The translations under genes and the position numbers were made by a program. Below are positions 1 through 11,040 of a stretch of 64,000 nt of DNA, piece by piece. The stretch comes from an uncultured cyanobacterium (GTDB lineage: Bacteria; Cyanobacteriota; Cyanobacteriia; Phormidesmidales; Phormidesmidaceae): NCBI GenBank assembly GCA_963793265.1, contig CAWBZI010000006.1, forward strand, positions 32,001 through 96,000, given 5' to 3'. Within the stretch, counting starts at the first letter, position 1, and each line of letters opens with the position of its first letter. The notes under the pieces were generated by a model. The model searched no databases. It was not told the origin of the DNA and worked only from the letters and a program-made list of their open reading frames with translations.

Positions 1-259
1 ATCTCTCTAGCTTAGCCTCATCAATCCGGCTCATCATCGTTTTAGATTCTTCTACATCTCGAATTGTTTTCGATAGACTCACCGTAGAAGCAACAGAAAA
101 CACCACGCCCATTCCCATGTATCCCTTTAGCCAATTACTGCCAGGAATATAAAGGACACCAATAATTGTTGCCGTGATTGAGAGTACGAACGACAAGTAA
201 GTTTGTGCGATCCAGGCGCTAGTGTGCGGGCTACCGTTCGCTAGTTTTTTGTTGCTCAT
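1..259 (-). CDS. YiaA/YiaB two-helix inner membrane protein (3' end runs off window)
   Basis: Not in ORF track. Manual translation from ATG at 259: MSNKKLANGSPHTSAWIAQTYLSFVLSITATIIGVLYIPGSNWLKGYMGMGVVFSVASTVSLSKTIRDVEESKTMMSRIDEAKLER...; KGY..MG and LSKTIRD motifs; GAGG RBS upstream. Confidence 0.85.
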   Translation of the reverse strand, partial: MSNKKLANGSPHTSAWIAQTYLSFVLSITATIIGVLYIPGSNWLKGYMGMGVVFSVASTVSLSKTIRDVEESKTMMSRIDEAKLER

Positions 260-406
260 CAGAAAATTACCTCTTGGTTAACGTACCCTTAGTCTGCCAG
301 CGGTCATTGTGAGCGCGCAATGAGTAGGGGATAGCGATCGCCAACGGCCACCAGCTACCATAACTGGCACAAATTCCAACCAACCCATTAGCGGATATGA
401 GTACAT

Positions 407-444
407 GTAGGAACTACCCAGAACTAGGGTGAAGTAGGTTCTAC
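407..444. promoter_or_regulatory. Two GTAG-N3-CTAC palindromes, candidate operator
   Basis: GTAGGAACTAC at 407-417 and GTAGGTTCTAC at 434-444 in the divergent intergenic region. Confidence 0.45.
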
Positions 445-474
445 AAAAGTCACGCCCACCGTCACTCAACACCC

Positions 475-1521
475 ATGGACACAGCACAGCTCAACGCCTG
501 GTTCTCGCGCGAAAAGCAACAGCCGATTGTTAAGCAACTCTCGCAACAGGTCGGGCTCACCCATACCCGAGCCATTTACTTCGTCAAGCTGTGGGTGTAC
601 TTGCTCGTAAAAGAACGGCTAGAAATAGATCCGAACAAATCGAACGATAAGCCTTTTGAACAGCTCACGCTTTTATCTGAGGCCATAAGCTGTAGCCACC
701 GTGAGGCAGCAGATTTATTTTATGGCGACAAAGATACGGGGAGCGATCGCGCCGCAGGCATGATGCTCGAAAAACTTGCCGCCTTGGGCCTGATCCACAA
801 ATACTTTGACGGCAACACCACCCGCATCGAAATCACCGTCAATCCCGAAAGCTTTCACTCACACAATTCCTTATCCACCGCCCAACCAGAACAAACTCAA
901 AGTCTCATCCTCGACAGCTTCGATCCGAGATCCGACGCCGTACCCGTCGCCAATCTCCTCGCCATCAACTATAGCTGGATGAACAACAGCCTGGAAATTG
1001 TGCCCCATCGCATCACCCGCCTGCTCCGCCGCTGGGCCAGCCAATACGCCACCGGAATGCGTGTCCTGCGCCGCGCTGACAACCTCAATCCGGTCGGCTT
1101 CTACCTCATGTATCCCACCGCTGCCGAATCGGAACTTACCTTCTCAAGCTCGCCCACCAAAGGGCTCCACCTCGCCAGCATGAACGAAGTTGACCCCTTC
1201 ACACTGGCAATACCCGGCGATACAGAATGCACCGCTGTCTTCATCCGCAGTTGGATGATCGATCCGCGCTATATCGATCAATATCGCGCCCTGTTTTTAG
1301 TTGATGCCCAAGACACCCTGCGCAAAATGCAGCAAGATTTTCCTAACCTGTGCGACTTGCACACGCTGATTATTCATCCTAGCTACGAGGCCATGGCGAT
1401 CGCACTAGGCTTTCAAAAAATCGGCCTACAAACCAGTAGAGACACGCAGCTCTACTGGATGTATCAATCGCTAGATCGCTATTTGGCTCTAGATATCGAG
1501 AAGATCTTTGGGGCCGGTTGA
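475..1521 (+). CDS. Hypothetical protein, putative N-terminal winged HTH plus C-terminal GNAT-like fold
   Basis: 348-aa ORF; SHREAADLFYG..SDRAAGMMLEKLAALGLIHK resembles wHTH; PVGFYLMYP, VFIRSWMIDPRY and ALGFQK resemble GNAT motifs. Confidence 0.6.
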   Translation: MDTAQLNAWFSREKQQPIVKQLSQQVGLTHTRAIYFVKLWVYLLVKERLEIDPNKSNDKPFEQLTLLSEAISCSHREAADLFYGDKDTGSDRAAGMMLEKLAALGLIHKYFDGNTTRIEITVNPESFHSHNSLSTAQPEQTQSLILDSFDPRSDAVPVANLLAINYSWMNNSLEIVPHRITRLLRRWASQYATGMRVLRRADNLNPVGFYLMYPTAAESELTFSSSPTKGLHLASMNEVDPFTLAIPGDTECTAVFIRSWMIDPRYIDQYRALFLVDAQDTLRKMQQDFPNLCDLHTLIIHPSYEAMAIALGFQKIGLQTSRDTQLYWMYQSLDRYLALDIEKIFGAG

Positions 1522-1528
1522 AGCGCTT

Positions 1529-2620
1529 CTAGATAATACCGAGGGGTTGGGGTGCGATCGCCTCAGCCAACAAACTCCTACCATTGGCAAAATCAATCGT
1601 GCCATCAGCATCATAGTCTCTAATCTCTCCAATTTGACTACCGCTAGAATCAAACGTGTAAGAGAACTTGCTATCAACAACATTATCTCCATCCCTATCG
1701 TAGTCGTAGGTAATGGTGAGATTACCCATGGCATCGTAGGTATAAAACTCACTTAAGACAACGAGCTGAGCCTCTGGCGTTGTTGGCGTTGGAGCAACAA
1801 CAGGAATGCCAATATAGATATTGGTTTGAAACACGCTCTCCACACCAGTATCAACGTTTCGGTTAGCCTCGGTTAGGCGGTTACCAAACTCGTCATAGGT
1901 ATACACCTGAGCAAAATCAACTATCCCATCCCCGGTAAAGTCTCGACTAAAGCTCGTTCGATTGCCATCAGCATCGTAGGTGTAATAGGTGATGGTATCT
2001 ATATCGCCAATCTCATCTCTATCAGAGGTTTCAACCAGCAAATTACCAGCATCGTCGTATTCAAACGTGTTGATCTCGTCGTCTATACCGTCCCCCTGAT
2101 AATCGCTAGTGTCTCTGAGTACATTGCCCGCTAAATCGTAAGACGTTGTGTATATCTGATCGGCAACACCACCAGTATCGTAGTCATTAATACGCCGAAC
2201 CGTGCGTCCTGTTTCATTGTAGTCATACAGCACTGTACGAACAGCAAGACCATTGTCTTGAATATCGATGTACTCTGCGCTCAGTCGCCCCTGGTCATCG
2301 TAAATGACATCTGTTGTTCCTCTAAAAATGATGTTTCCAGAAAAACCGCCGCCAAACTCAGTGCCGATCTCCGTCTCGATTTTGTAGGGACTGTAGCGAA
2401 TTGTTTGCTCTGCGATCGCGTCATCATTAAGATCCAAGCTTTCACTTACCAGACGGCCCTCAGCGTCGTATGAGTAAGCTGCCGTTGTAGCGCTTTCAAA
2501 CACCCCGTCAGCGTCAAAGTCTCGACGCCTGCTTGTTTGGTTGCCAAAAGCGTCAAAGCTATACGTCGTCAGCCCATCAGCAGTGCCATCAGCATCACTA
2601 TCTGTACTGCTACGAATCAA
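1529..2620 (-). CDS. YD/RHS-like repeat protein with DxDxDG motifs, C-terminal fragment
   Basis: Repeated YxYDxxGN and D-x-D-G-D-G units; the frame continues upstream to about 2700 (LIREAFDNDADGIDDSVVTNSYDADGN). Confidence 0.75.
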   Translation of the reverse strand: MIRSSTDSDADGTADGLTTYSFDAFGNQTSRRRDFDADGVFESATTAAYSYDAEGRLVSESLDLNDDAIAEQTIRYSPYKIETEIGTEFGGGFSGNIIFRGTTDVIYDDQGRLSAEYIDIQDNGLAVRTVLYDYNETGRTVRRINDYDTGGVADQIYTTSYDLAGNVLRDTSDYQGDGIDDEINTFEYDDAGNLLVETSDRDEIGDIDTITYYTYDADGNRTSFSRDFTGDGIVDFAQVYTYDEFGNRLTEANRNVDTGVESVFQTNIYIGIPVVAPTPTTPEAQLVVLSEFYTYDAMGNLTITYDYDRDGDNVVDSKFSYTFDSSGSQIGEIRDYDADGTIDFANGRSLLAEAIAPQPLGII

Positions 2621-2697
2621 ATTCCCATCAGCGTCATAGCTATTCGTTACAACAGAGTCGTCTATGCCATCTGCGTCATTATCAAAAGCTTCTCTAA

Positions 2698-3651
2698 TCA
2701 GGTATAGGTCACGATGCGTTCGGGAAAACTGTCACCGTTAGTATCTCCGACCTCTTGGCGTAGCAAAGAAGGATTACCCAGAGAAGAAACCCCCTCTACT
2801 GTCAGCACAACCGTTGCCGCATCCGTCTGACCAACGCTGTTAACAACACTGTAGGTAAAGCTGTCGGTAGCGCGCTCATCTGTCTCTAGAGCCGAAAAAG
2901 CCTCTGTGGGATTGTAAACAAAATCGCCGTTAGGTCGAACCCGCAGCAGTGCCCCAGAAGCCAGTGTAATCTCGCGTCCCGGAGAATCAACTGCCTCTCC
3001 ATTCACCGACAAGAGCTGTAGAAAAATGTCTGCGGGATTTTGATCTACTCCGCTACCATTACCGGAAAACAGATTGCCCAACAACAAGACATCTGGCGCA
3101 GCAACAAAAGCGTCATCAACGCCATCGCCGTCAAAGTCTATAGTAGAGCGAGAAATATCGCCCCTTTCGTTGTATTGAGAAGTACTTTCAAACTTCAGCT
3201 CACCCGTCAAAATTGAGCGACGAGTTGTTGTTATTAGCCTGCCTGAGTCATCGTACGTAAAGCGCGTAGCCGTATCTGAAGATCTATTTTCAACGAGCAC
3301 TAAGTTGCCCGCGTCGTCATAGGCATAGTCGGTATTAGGATTGTCCTGGCTGCTGCCAAAGCGCCCGCTCTGGTTAAGCTGAACGCCTCTAGTATCAAAG
3401 ACGTAAGGCAGCTCAATATCGATAACACCATCACCATCGTTGTCAGCCGAGTAGGTAATCGTGAGGTTGCCCGCATCGTCATACTCATACACGGAGGTCA
3501 GTGAATAGTCAGCCTTGCCATCCAAGTCAGAATCAACGTACTTAGCAATTTGGTTGCCATCAGCATCAAGGATGAGCGTCGTAAAAGAGTCCTGAATGCC
3601 GTCACCGTTGCTATCGGTGAATACATTTTGAATGCGGGGCTGAGTATTCAT
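2698..3651 (-). CDS. YD-repeat / VCBS (cadherin-like) protein, N-terminal fragment
   Basis: YxYDDAGN repeats, DSNGDG/DNDGDG motifs, VCBS-like segment ITLASGALL..NGDFVYNP..F..L....ATDSFTYSV. Confidence 0.75.
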   Translation of the reverse strand: MNTQPRIQNVFTDSNGDGIQDSFTTLILDADGNQIAKYVDSDLDGKADYSLTSVYEYDDAGNLTITYSADNDGDGVIDIELPYVFDTRGVQLNQSGRFGSSQDNPNTDYAYDDAGNLVLVENRSSDTATRFTYDDSGRLITTTRRSILTGELKFESTSQYNERGDISRSTIDFDGDGVDDAFVAAPDVLLLGNLFSGNGSGVDQNPADIFLQLLSVNGEAVDSPGREITLASGALLRVRPNGDFVYNPTEAFSALETDERATDSFTYSVVNSVGQTDAATVVLTVEGVSSLGNPSLLRQEVGDTNGDSFPERIVTYT

Positions 3652-3859
3652 GGGAAGTACCGTAGTTTGGTATCAGTGACTACTTTGTACGGTACTGAGT
3701 TAAGGCGGTCTTTCTTTCGTTCACCGTGAGAATTCATCAAAGTTTATAGATACTTTGACATACACATGTCTTCACGTTTCATAGAAGGCTTGAAAAGCAA
3801 GTGTTTTGCCATCGACAGGGCACAACACTTGCTTCACACCTACATTAAATTCAATCTTA

Positions 3860-5461
3860 TTAAGAAGCCGTCGCCACCATCTCAGGCGCTTCCTCTCGCG
3901 TCGCAATCACCTCAGCAATCTGCGATTCAATCTCATCTTTTACAATCTGGCGATACTCCAAAAAGTGCTCAATCTGAGCGCACACCGTTAAATAGCTGCC
4001 GACGCCGCCTCGGTTATGCTTAAACATTTCAAACAGATATTTCCAAAAAGTAGAGCGCGTTTCTCTTTCTACGCCTTGCTTCCAGCAGACAATCGCCAGC
4101 GCTTTTACTAAATGCCAGTTAAACGGCTCCTTAGCAGACTTCGGCTTCGGTTCACGACTCTTGTCATTGTGGCAAGGCGCTTCGCCCAAAATGCGGTAGT
4201 GCCGGTAGCAGCGATCCAAATACTTTTGCGGATCGTACAAATTCCAAAAAGCGTCTACATACTCTTGGGCTACATCTTCTACCGGACGCGTCGGTACAAA
4301 GTTCATCAGCGTCGTTTGGTGAATATTCGCCGTTTCTTTGCCTGCAAGCAGCCGGTTCTCTTTTTCTAGCCGGTGCCACAAAGCTGTATCAGGTAAAGCC
4401 TGGAGCATACTAAAGAGCGCGGTGGGCACAGAGCATTTTTCAACGAATTGGACAATGCGATCGCCCGCCCCCTTCTTCTCCCCGTCAAAGCCAATAATAA
4501 AGCCCGCCATCACCCGAATGCCCGTACTGGCAATCTTATGAATCGACTCGCTGAGCGGATCGCGATTATTCTGAAACTTCTGCGTCAGCGCTAAGCTCTC
4601 CTCATCCGGCGTTTCTACCCCCAAGAAGACCGCCCCAAAATTACAGGCCGTCATCAAATCCATCATCTCCTGGTCTTGCGCCAAATCCACCGACGCCTCC
4701 GTGGAGAACGTAAACGGATAGCCCTTCTCCTTCATCCAGGGCACCAGCGCCTTTAGCATCAGCTTTACATTGCGCTTGTTGCCAATGAAATTGTCATCCA
4801 CCATAAAGATGCTGCGCCGCCAGCCCAAATCGTAAAGATACTGAAGCTCAGCGAGCATCTGCTCGGGCGATTTTGTACGCGGCTTACGCCCATACAGCAC
4901 AATAATGTCGCAAAACTCACACTGAAACGGACAGCCGCGCGAAAACTGCACCGCCATCTCCGAGTAAGCGTCTAGCTTTAGCAAATCAAACCGAGGCACC
5001 GGACTGGTCGAAACATCAGGCCGCTCTAGCGCCCGAAAAGTACCTTCCGTTTCACCCTTTTCAATAGCCTCCACCAGCATCGGCAGCGTAATCTCGCCCT
5101 CATCTAGCACCCGAAAATCAGCGCCTGCCTCAATCACCTCATGCGGCAGCGCCGTTGCGTAAGGCCCGCCGACAGCCACCGGAATATTGCGCCGTTTGGC
5201 TTCACGGATCTGCGCGAGCATATCAGGCTTCTGCACAATCATGCCTGAAAAAATAACCAGCTCAGCCCAGTCCCAGTCTGCTTCGGTCAGATCTTCTACG
5301 TTGCGATCAACCAGCCGCAGATCCCACTCATCTGGCAAAATGCCTGCTACTGTCACGAGTCCCAAAGGCGGCAAAATAGCCTTACGTCCGGCTAGCTCAA
5401 TCGCCTTGTCAAAAGACCAAAAGCTCTTAGGAAACAAAGGGTAAATCAGCAGAGCTTTCAT
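3860..5461 (-). CDS. B12-binding radical SAM protein (DUF4070 C-terminus)
   Basis: CPFQCEFC CxxxCxxC motif; N-terminal B12-binding region (PPLGL, VGGPYAT). Confidence 0.9.
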   Translation of the reverse strand: MKALLIYPLFPKSFWSFDKAIELAGRKAILPPLGLVTVAGILPDEWDLRLVDRNVEDLTEADWDWAELVIFSGMIVQKPDMLAQIREAKRRNIPVAVGGPYATALPHEVIEAGADFRVLDEGEITLPMLVEAIEKGETEGTFRALERPDVSTSPVPRFDLLKLDAYSEMAVQFSRGCPFQCEFCDIIVLYGRKPRTKSPEQMLAELQYLYDLGWRRSIFMVDDNFIGNKRNVKLMLKALVPWMKEKGYPFTFSTEASVDLAQDQEMMDLMTACNFGAVFLGVETPDEESLALTQKFQNNRDPLSESIHKIASTGIRVMAGFIIGFDGEKKGAGDRIVQFVEKCSVPTALFSMLQALPDTALWHRLEKENRLLAGKETANIHQTTLMNFVPTRPVEDVAQEYVDAFWNLYDPQKYLDRCYRHYRILGEAPCHNDKSREPKPKSAKEPFNWHLVKALAIVCWKQGVERETRSTFWKYLFEMFKHNRGGVGSYLTVCAQIEHFLEYRQIVKDEIESQIAEVIATREEAPEMVATAS

Positions 5462-5688
5462 AAGAAATGCCTGGTGTATAGTGAAGTATTAAAAACATGT
5501 GCAAAAGAATTGTCCAAATCGCACAGGCTTTCATTACGTGAAAACCAAAAACGGCGCTATTAAACGGTAATATTAAATAACGTGTTTTAAGTGTTTAACT
5601 CATGACACACTAGCACGCTATAGATAGCGTGCGCGAGTTAGGACGGCACAATTTGGCTGAAGCATCGGCGTAAGACACACTCCAATGG

Positions 5689-6339
5689 CTACTGGCTGAC
5701 TACAACAAACGACTTCACAAAGAAAAGGAATTTCTCTGGAAGAATCCTGTTGTCTGGGAACAGTCGCTTAAGCTGCCCGCGTGTCAGAAGGCGAGTGGTT
5801 TCAAACTCCAAATCGAAGTTTTTCTTCTCACTAGGGTTGTTGATAGTGAACGGGTAGCGCAGCGATAGAAAACAAAGCTTTTTGTAGAGCGGGCGCGGGA
5901 GCCAGTGAATGAAGGCAACGCCTAGATGAGCGTCAACAGGGAACCAGCGGTTGGGTGTTTGGATGTAGATGTTTTTGCCGACGCGATCGCACTCCCGCGA
6001 GAACTGCGTCATTTCTTCCTTTTTACCCACATGCTCAATCACTGAGTTAGAGAAAACTAAATCAAAGCTGTCGTTTTCGTAGGGCAAGTTACAGCCATCT
6101 GCAATCTTCACCGTGTAGTTCTCTGATTCAGGCAGCAAATGCTCAGAAGGCGTATTCAAAATGACAAGCTGCTTAGGAGCCACATCATAAAACTCCTTGA
6201 GCAAATCCCACATAAAGGGCCTACCGCCCACGTCTAGAACCGAATAATTCTCTAAGTTAGGATAAATTCTCAACAGTTCCGCTAAGCGCTTACGTCGAAA
6301 GTAAGCCATTACTGGATAGGTAGCATCTCGCCAATTCAT
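5689..6339 (-). CDS. Class I SAM-dependent methyltransferase
   Basis: VLDVGG motif I; DGCNLPYENDSFDLVFSNSVIEHVG. Confidence 0.85.
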   Translation of the reverse strand: MNWRDATYPVMAYFRRKRLAELLRIYPNLENYSVLDVGGRPFMWDLLKEFYDVAPKQLVILNTPSEHLLPESENYTVKIADGCNLPYENDSFDLVFSNSVIEHVGKKEEMTQFSRECDRVGKNIYIQTPNRWFPVDAHLGVAFIHWLPRPLYKKLCFLSLRYPFTINNPSEKKNFDLEFETTRLLTRGQLKRLFPDNRILPEKFLFFVKSFVVVSQ

Positions 6340-6678
6340 AGTGTATTACTCATAAGAACGCCTGACCTATCAAACACAGAAGGACGCCTTTAAGACTAAG
6401 TTCCCTCCATGCCTCTCTTGTGCTTAATGTGCGCATAACACACGCTACAGAGCCGCTAGCCATCATCAGCAGACATGAACCCATATCTCCCGCAAGCTAG
6501 TGCCGATTTTCAGGCAATTATACTTAATTACGGTCGCAATTTAATATAGAGCTGACGAGTTTCAACGTAATAATACTGATAAATATTGCGCAAATCGATA
6601 AGGAAAGCATGAAGCCGGTAGCCTTCTTAGGGCTCTAATAACCTCAGCCGAAATTCAAAACCCTCATATGCCTATCTT

Positions 6679-6975
6679 CTAGCTCCAATCCTCACCCTTC
6701 TTAATCCATGTCGGCGTAAATATCGTTTCGCGAGCGTGCAGTTCTCGCGTTTTAGCAAACAGCTCGTCTTCGGTCATGCCCCAATTTTTAAGCGCTTTAT
6801 CTAAATCGCTTTGAATATCACGCGCGCCCTGGAAACCGTCATAGCGAATACGCAGGCGAGCCAGCTCTGCCATATTCAAAGTATCAGCGGTGCCCGCCAA
6901 AATGGTATCAAGCATCGCGCGATCCTTTCTGTACTGTGGGTGCAAATAGTCTTTATTGCTTTGAGTAGGTGCCAT
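6679..6975 (-). CDS. DUF3288 family protein
   Basis: HPQY..DR, NMAELARLRIRY.GF.GARDIQ motifs. Confidence 0.8.
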   Translation of the reverse strand: MAPTQSNKDYLHPQYRKDRAMLDTILAGTADTLNMAELARLRIRYDGFQGARDIQSDLDKALKNWGMTEDELFAKTRELHARETIFTPTWIKKGEDWS

Positions 6976-7015
6976 AGAGTCTACCGAGTACCTGTTTTAG
7001 CGCGATCGCCTCTTA

Positions 7016-7855
7016 TTAACTACAAAGAATATCAGCATGATGCCGAATATGATCTTCCATAAAAGAAGCAATAAAGTAATAGCTATGATCGTACTTGTCT
7101 TGCATTCGCAGCGTCAGCGGTTGACCCGCCTGCTTACAAGCCGTTTTAAACACATCTGGCAATAGCTGATTCTGTTCTAAGAACTGATCCGCCGTGCCCT
7201 GGTCAATCAAAATTGAAGCACCATTACCACCCAAAGACTTGACAAGTTCTGTTGCATCATAAGCAGCCCATTGTTGCTTATCACCCCCTAAGTAGCCAGT
7301 AAACGCTTTTTGCCCCCACGCGCACTGAGAAGGCGCAGCAATCGGTGCAAAAGCAGAAATTGAAGCGTACTTATCAGGGTTTTTGAGCCCACAGACAAGC
7401 GCGCCATGACCGCCCATAGAGTGACCGAAGATGCCTGCGCGATCGCTCACCGCAAACTCTTTTTTAATCAAAGACGGCAGCTCATCAGTCACATAGTCAT
7501 ACATCCGGTAGTGCTTGGCCCAGGGCTGCTCAGTCGCATTTACATAAAAACTCGCCCCAGCCCCAAAATCCCAGTCCTCATCTTCTCCTGGCAAATTCAC
7601 CCTGCGCGGACTCGTATCAGGAGCCACCAGCATCAGCCCCCGCTCAGCCGCATAGCGCTGCGCCCCGGCCTTCTCAACAAAATTCTTCTCCGTACAGGTC
7701 AGTCCCGACAGATAGTACAGCACCGGTACCAGTCCGGCTTCAGCCTGCGGCGGCACATATACCGCGAAATTCATATCGCACTCACAGGACTGAGAACGGT
7801 GGCTATAAAACCTTGTTGTACCACCAAAACTTTGTACTCTTGATTCTTCTTGCAT
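7016..7855 (-). CDS. fghA: S-formylglutathione hydrolase
   Basis: LSGLTC, GHSMGGHG and YDHSYYFI motifs; adjacent to frmA. Confidence 0.95.
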   Translation of the reverse strand: MQEESRVQSFGGTTRFYSHRSQSCECDMNFAVYVPPQAEAGLVPVLYYLSGLTCTEKNFVEKAGAQRYAAERGLMLVAPDTSPRRVNLPGEDEDWDFGAGASFYVNATEQPWAKHYRMYDYVTDELPSLIKKEFAVSDRAGIFGHSMGGHGALVCGLKNPDKYASISAFAPIAAPSQCAWGQKAFTGYLGGDKQQWAAYDATELVKSLGGNGASILIDQGTADQFLEQNQLLPDVFKTACKQAGQPLTLRMQDKYDHSYYFIASFMEDHIRHHADILCS

Positions 7856-7888
7856 ATAAAATAATGTTAGGAAAGGAAACTAGGAGAA

Positions 7889-9010
<1,122 letters not shown>

Positions 9011-9418
9011 TCAAAATATCAGCTCGATCATTATCAGTCAGAATCGCCTTCAGCGCAGTTTACCTGAGACATAAATCAAAAAACGCCCGTTGGTTGACCG
9101 TCAACTAGCGCTCTACCGTTATAAAAGCCAGCGTGAACAATTGCAGTGTGCCAATGACAGCTTTGGTTAGCCCCTACAAAATCAGGACGTTTTTACTTTT
9201 TCATTCTTTTTGAAGCTTAAGATAGCCTGCGAATCCCGCTGCTCATAGACTTTTCGCCCTCTCCGCAAAGTCACGGTATCGCCCGGTATAACATTTCAAG
9301 TAATCTTGATTTGGAGTGGTCGGTTGAAGGATTTGGCCTGACTTTTACGCATTAGGCGATCGCGCAGACTAGATTGAACCAAACCATTCAACTGCATTCC
9401 CAATGACCGGCCTGAGCT

Positions 9419-10948
9419 ATGACGATTCGTATGCCATTTTTCACACAGCAGCGCAAACAACAGACCCAGACATCAAGACAGTCCACCAAACAACAGATTT
9501 CTCGACTCTTCAAGCTTTCGCAAAAGGTGTCTTTGAGTCTGATCGGGGGTCTGGTCGTATTAGCGCAGGCTGATGCGGCCTTTGCAGGCGTCTGTCGCGC
9601 TGAGCTGCCGAGAAAAATTGATGCGATCGCCAACGGCTACACCCTAAACGGCTCAAAAGTCGGCATCCTCATCGAAGACGCCAACCCCGACACCCGCGTC
9701 CTCTATTCTCGTAAAGCCCAAGAAAAATTCGTCCCCGCCTCCAACGTCAAGCTCCTCACCACCGCTGCGGCCCTCCACAACCTCGGCCCCGACTTCACCA
9801 TTCGCACCTCCGTCTTCGGTCAGCTCAACCGCCCCGAACAAGATCTCTACGTCGTCGGCAGAGGCGACCCCACCTTCACCAGCTATCAAATCAACCTGCT
9901 CGCTGGCCAACTCAAGCAGCAGGGCATCCGCCGCGTAGGCAGCCTCACCGCCGTAGACAACTACTTCACCGGCCCCTTGGTCAATCCCTTCTGGGACGCC
10001 GAAGACTACCGCGCAGGCTATGGAGCCGCCGCCAACAGCCTTATTCTCAACCGCAACGAACTCGGCTTCACCCTCATCCCTGGCCGCGTTGGTCAGCCCT
10101 TGCGCGTCGTATGGGATCGCCCCGAATTCGTTCGCGGCTGGCGCATCGAAAACAACTCTCGCACCATCGGCAACGGCAGCGAATTTATCGACGCAGGCCA
10201 AAAGCCCGGACAAAAAGTCATGGACGTTCGCGGCGCACTCTACGCCGGTTCCGCTTCTGAAAACACCTCCATCGCTGTCCTAGATCCCGGCAGCTACTTT
10301 GCCGAACAGTTCCAACAAAGCCTCAACGCCTACGGTGTCACGACATCCCGCAGCCAGGCCAGCACCGCCAACCCACCCAGCGATCTGGTCGAAATCGCCG
10401 CCATCCAGTCGCCGCCCTTACGCGCCTTCATCGATCCCACCAACCTCTACAGCGTCAACATCTACGCCGAAGCCATGCTCAAATCCTTGGGCCGCAGCGT
10501 AGATCCCACCACTCAAAACACCTATGAAGCCGGTGCTAGTGCCGTATCCACAGTCCTCACCGACTTAGGCGTTCGCCCCAACAGCGTCGATGTCGTCGAT
10601 GGCTCCGGCCTCTCTCGCCGCAACCTTGCCACCCCCGAAGCCCTCGTAGACACGCTACAGGCCATGGCCAAAACCGAGAACGCCGCCATCTACCGCAACT
10701 CTCTGGCCGTCGCCGGACGCAGCGGCACCCTCCGCAACCGAATGCGCGGCACCTTAGCAGAAGGTCGCTTCCAGGGCAAAACCGGCACCCTCAGAGGCAC
10801 CTACACCCTCAGCGGCTACCTCAACCCCCCAAACCACCCGCCCTTAGCCCTGAGCATTCTCGTCAACGACACCAACGCCAGCGGCAGCGACGTGCGCAGC
10901 CTAATCGACCAAATCATCAGCCACACCGCCACCCTGGACGACTGCTAA
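9419..10948 (+). CDS. dacB: D-alanyl-D-alanine carboxypeptidase/endopeptidase (PBP4, peptidase S13)
   Basis: PASNVK (SxxK), SVN (SxN), DGSGLSR and KTGT motifs. Confidence 0.92.
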   Translation: MTIRMPFFTQQRKQQTQTSRQSTKQQISRLFKLSQKVSLSLIGGLVVLAQADAAFAGVCRAELPRKIDAIANGYTLNGSKVGILIEDANPDTRVLYSRKAQEKFVPASNVKLLTTAAALHNLGPDFTIRTSVFGQLNRPEQDLYVVGRGDPTFTSYQINLLAGQLKQQGIRRVGSLTAVDNYFTGPLVNPFWDAEDYRAGYGAAANSLILNRNELGFTLIPGRVGQPLRVVWDRPEFVRGWRIENNSRTIGNGSEFIDAGQKPGQKVMDVRGALYAGSASENTSIAVLDPGSYFAEQFQQSLNAYGVTTSRSQASTANPPSDLVEIAAIQSPPLRAFIDPTNLYSVNIYAEAMLKSLGRSVDPTTQNTYEAGASAVSTVLTDLGVRPNSVDVVDGSGLSRRNLATPEALVDTLQAMAKTENAAIYRNSLAVAGRSGTLRNRMRGTLAEGRFQGKTGTLRGTYTLSGYLNPPNHPPLALSILVNDTNASGSDVRSLIDQIISHTATLDDC

Positions 10949-10970
10949 AGCCAGGAGACATACCAACAAC

Positions 10971-11010
10971 AAACCCCCATTACCTTTCTTGGAAATGGGG
11001 GTTTCTTTTC
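10971..11010. terminator. Intrinsic terminator between convergent genes
   Basis: AAACCCCCATT / AATGGGGGTTT stem followed by CTTTT. Confidence 0.7.
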
Positions 11011-11040
11011 AAATGATGAAAGTGAAAGCTGTCGCATTAT

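Noticed and set aside
1529..3651. Rhs polymorphic toxin
   Set aside because: No DPxG cleavage motif, toxin tip or immunity gene, and far shorter than an Rhs core.
9653..10502. Long antisense and alternate-frame ORFs here and throughout (e.g. 7928-8548, 17202-17804, 24573-25070)
   Set aside because: Shadow ORFs caused by skewed third positions in real genes; low-complexity translations.
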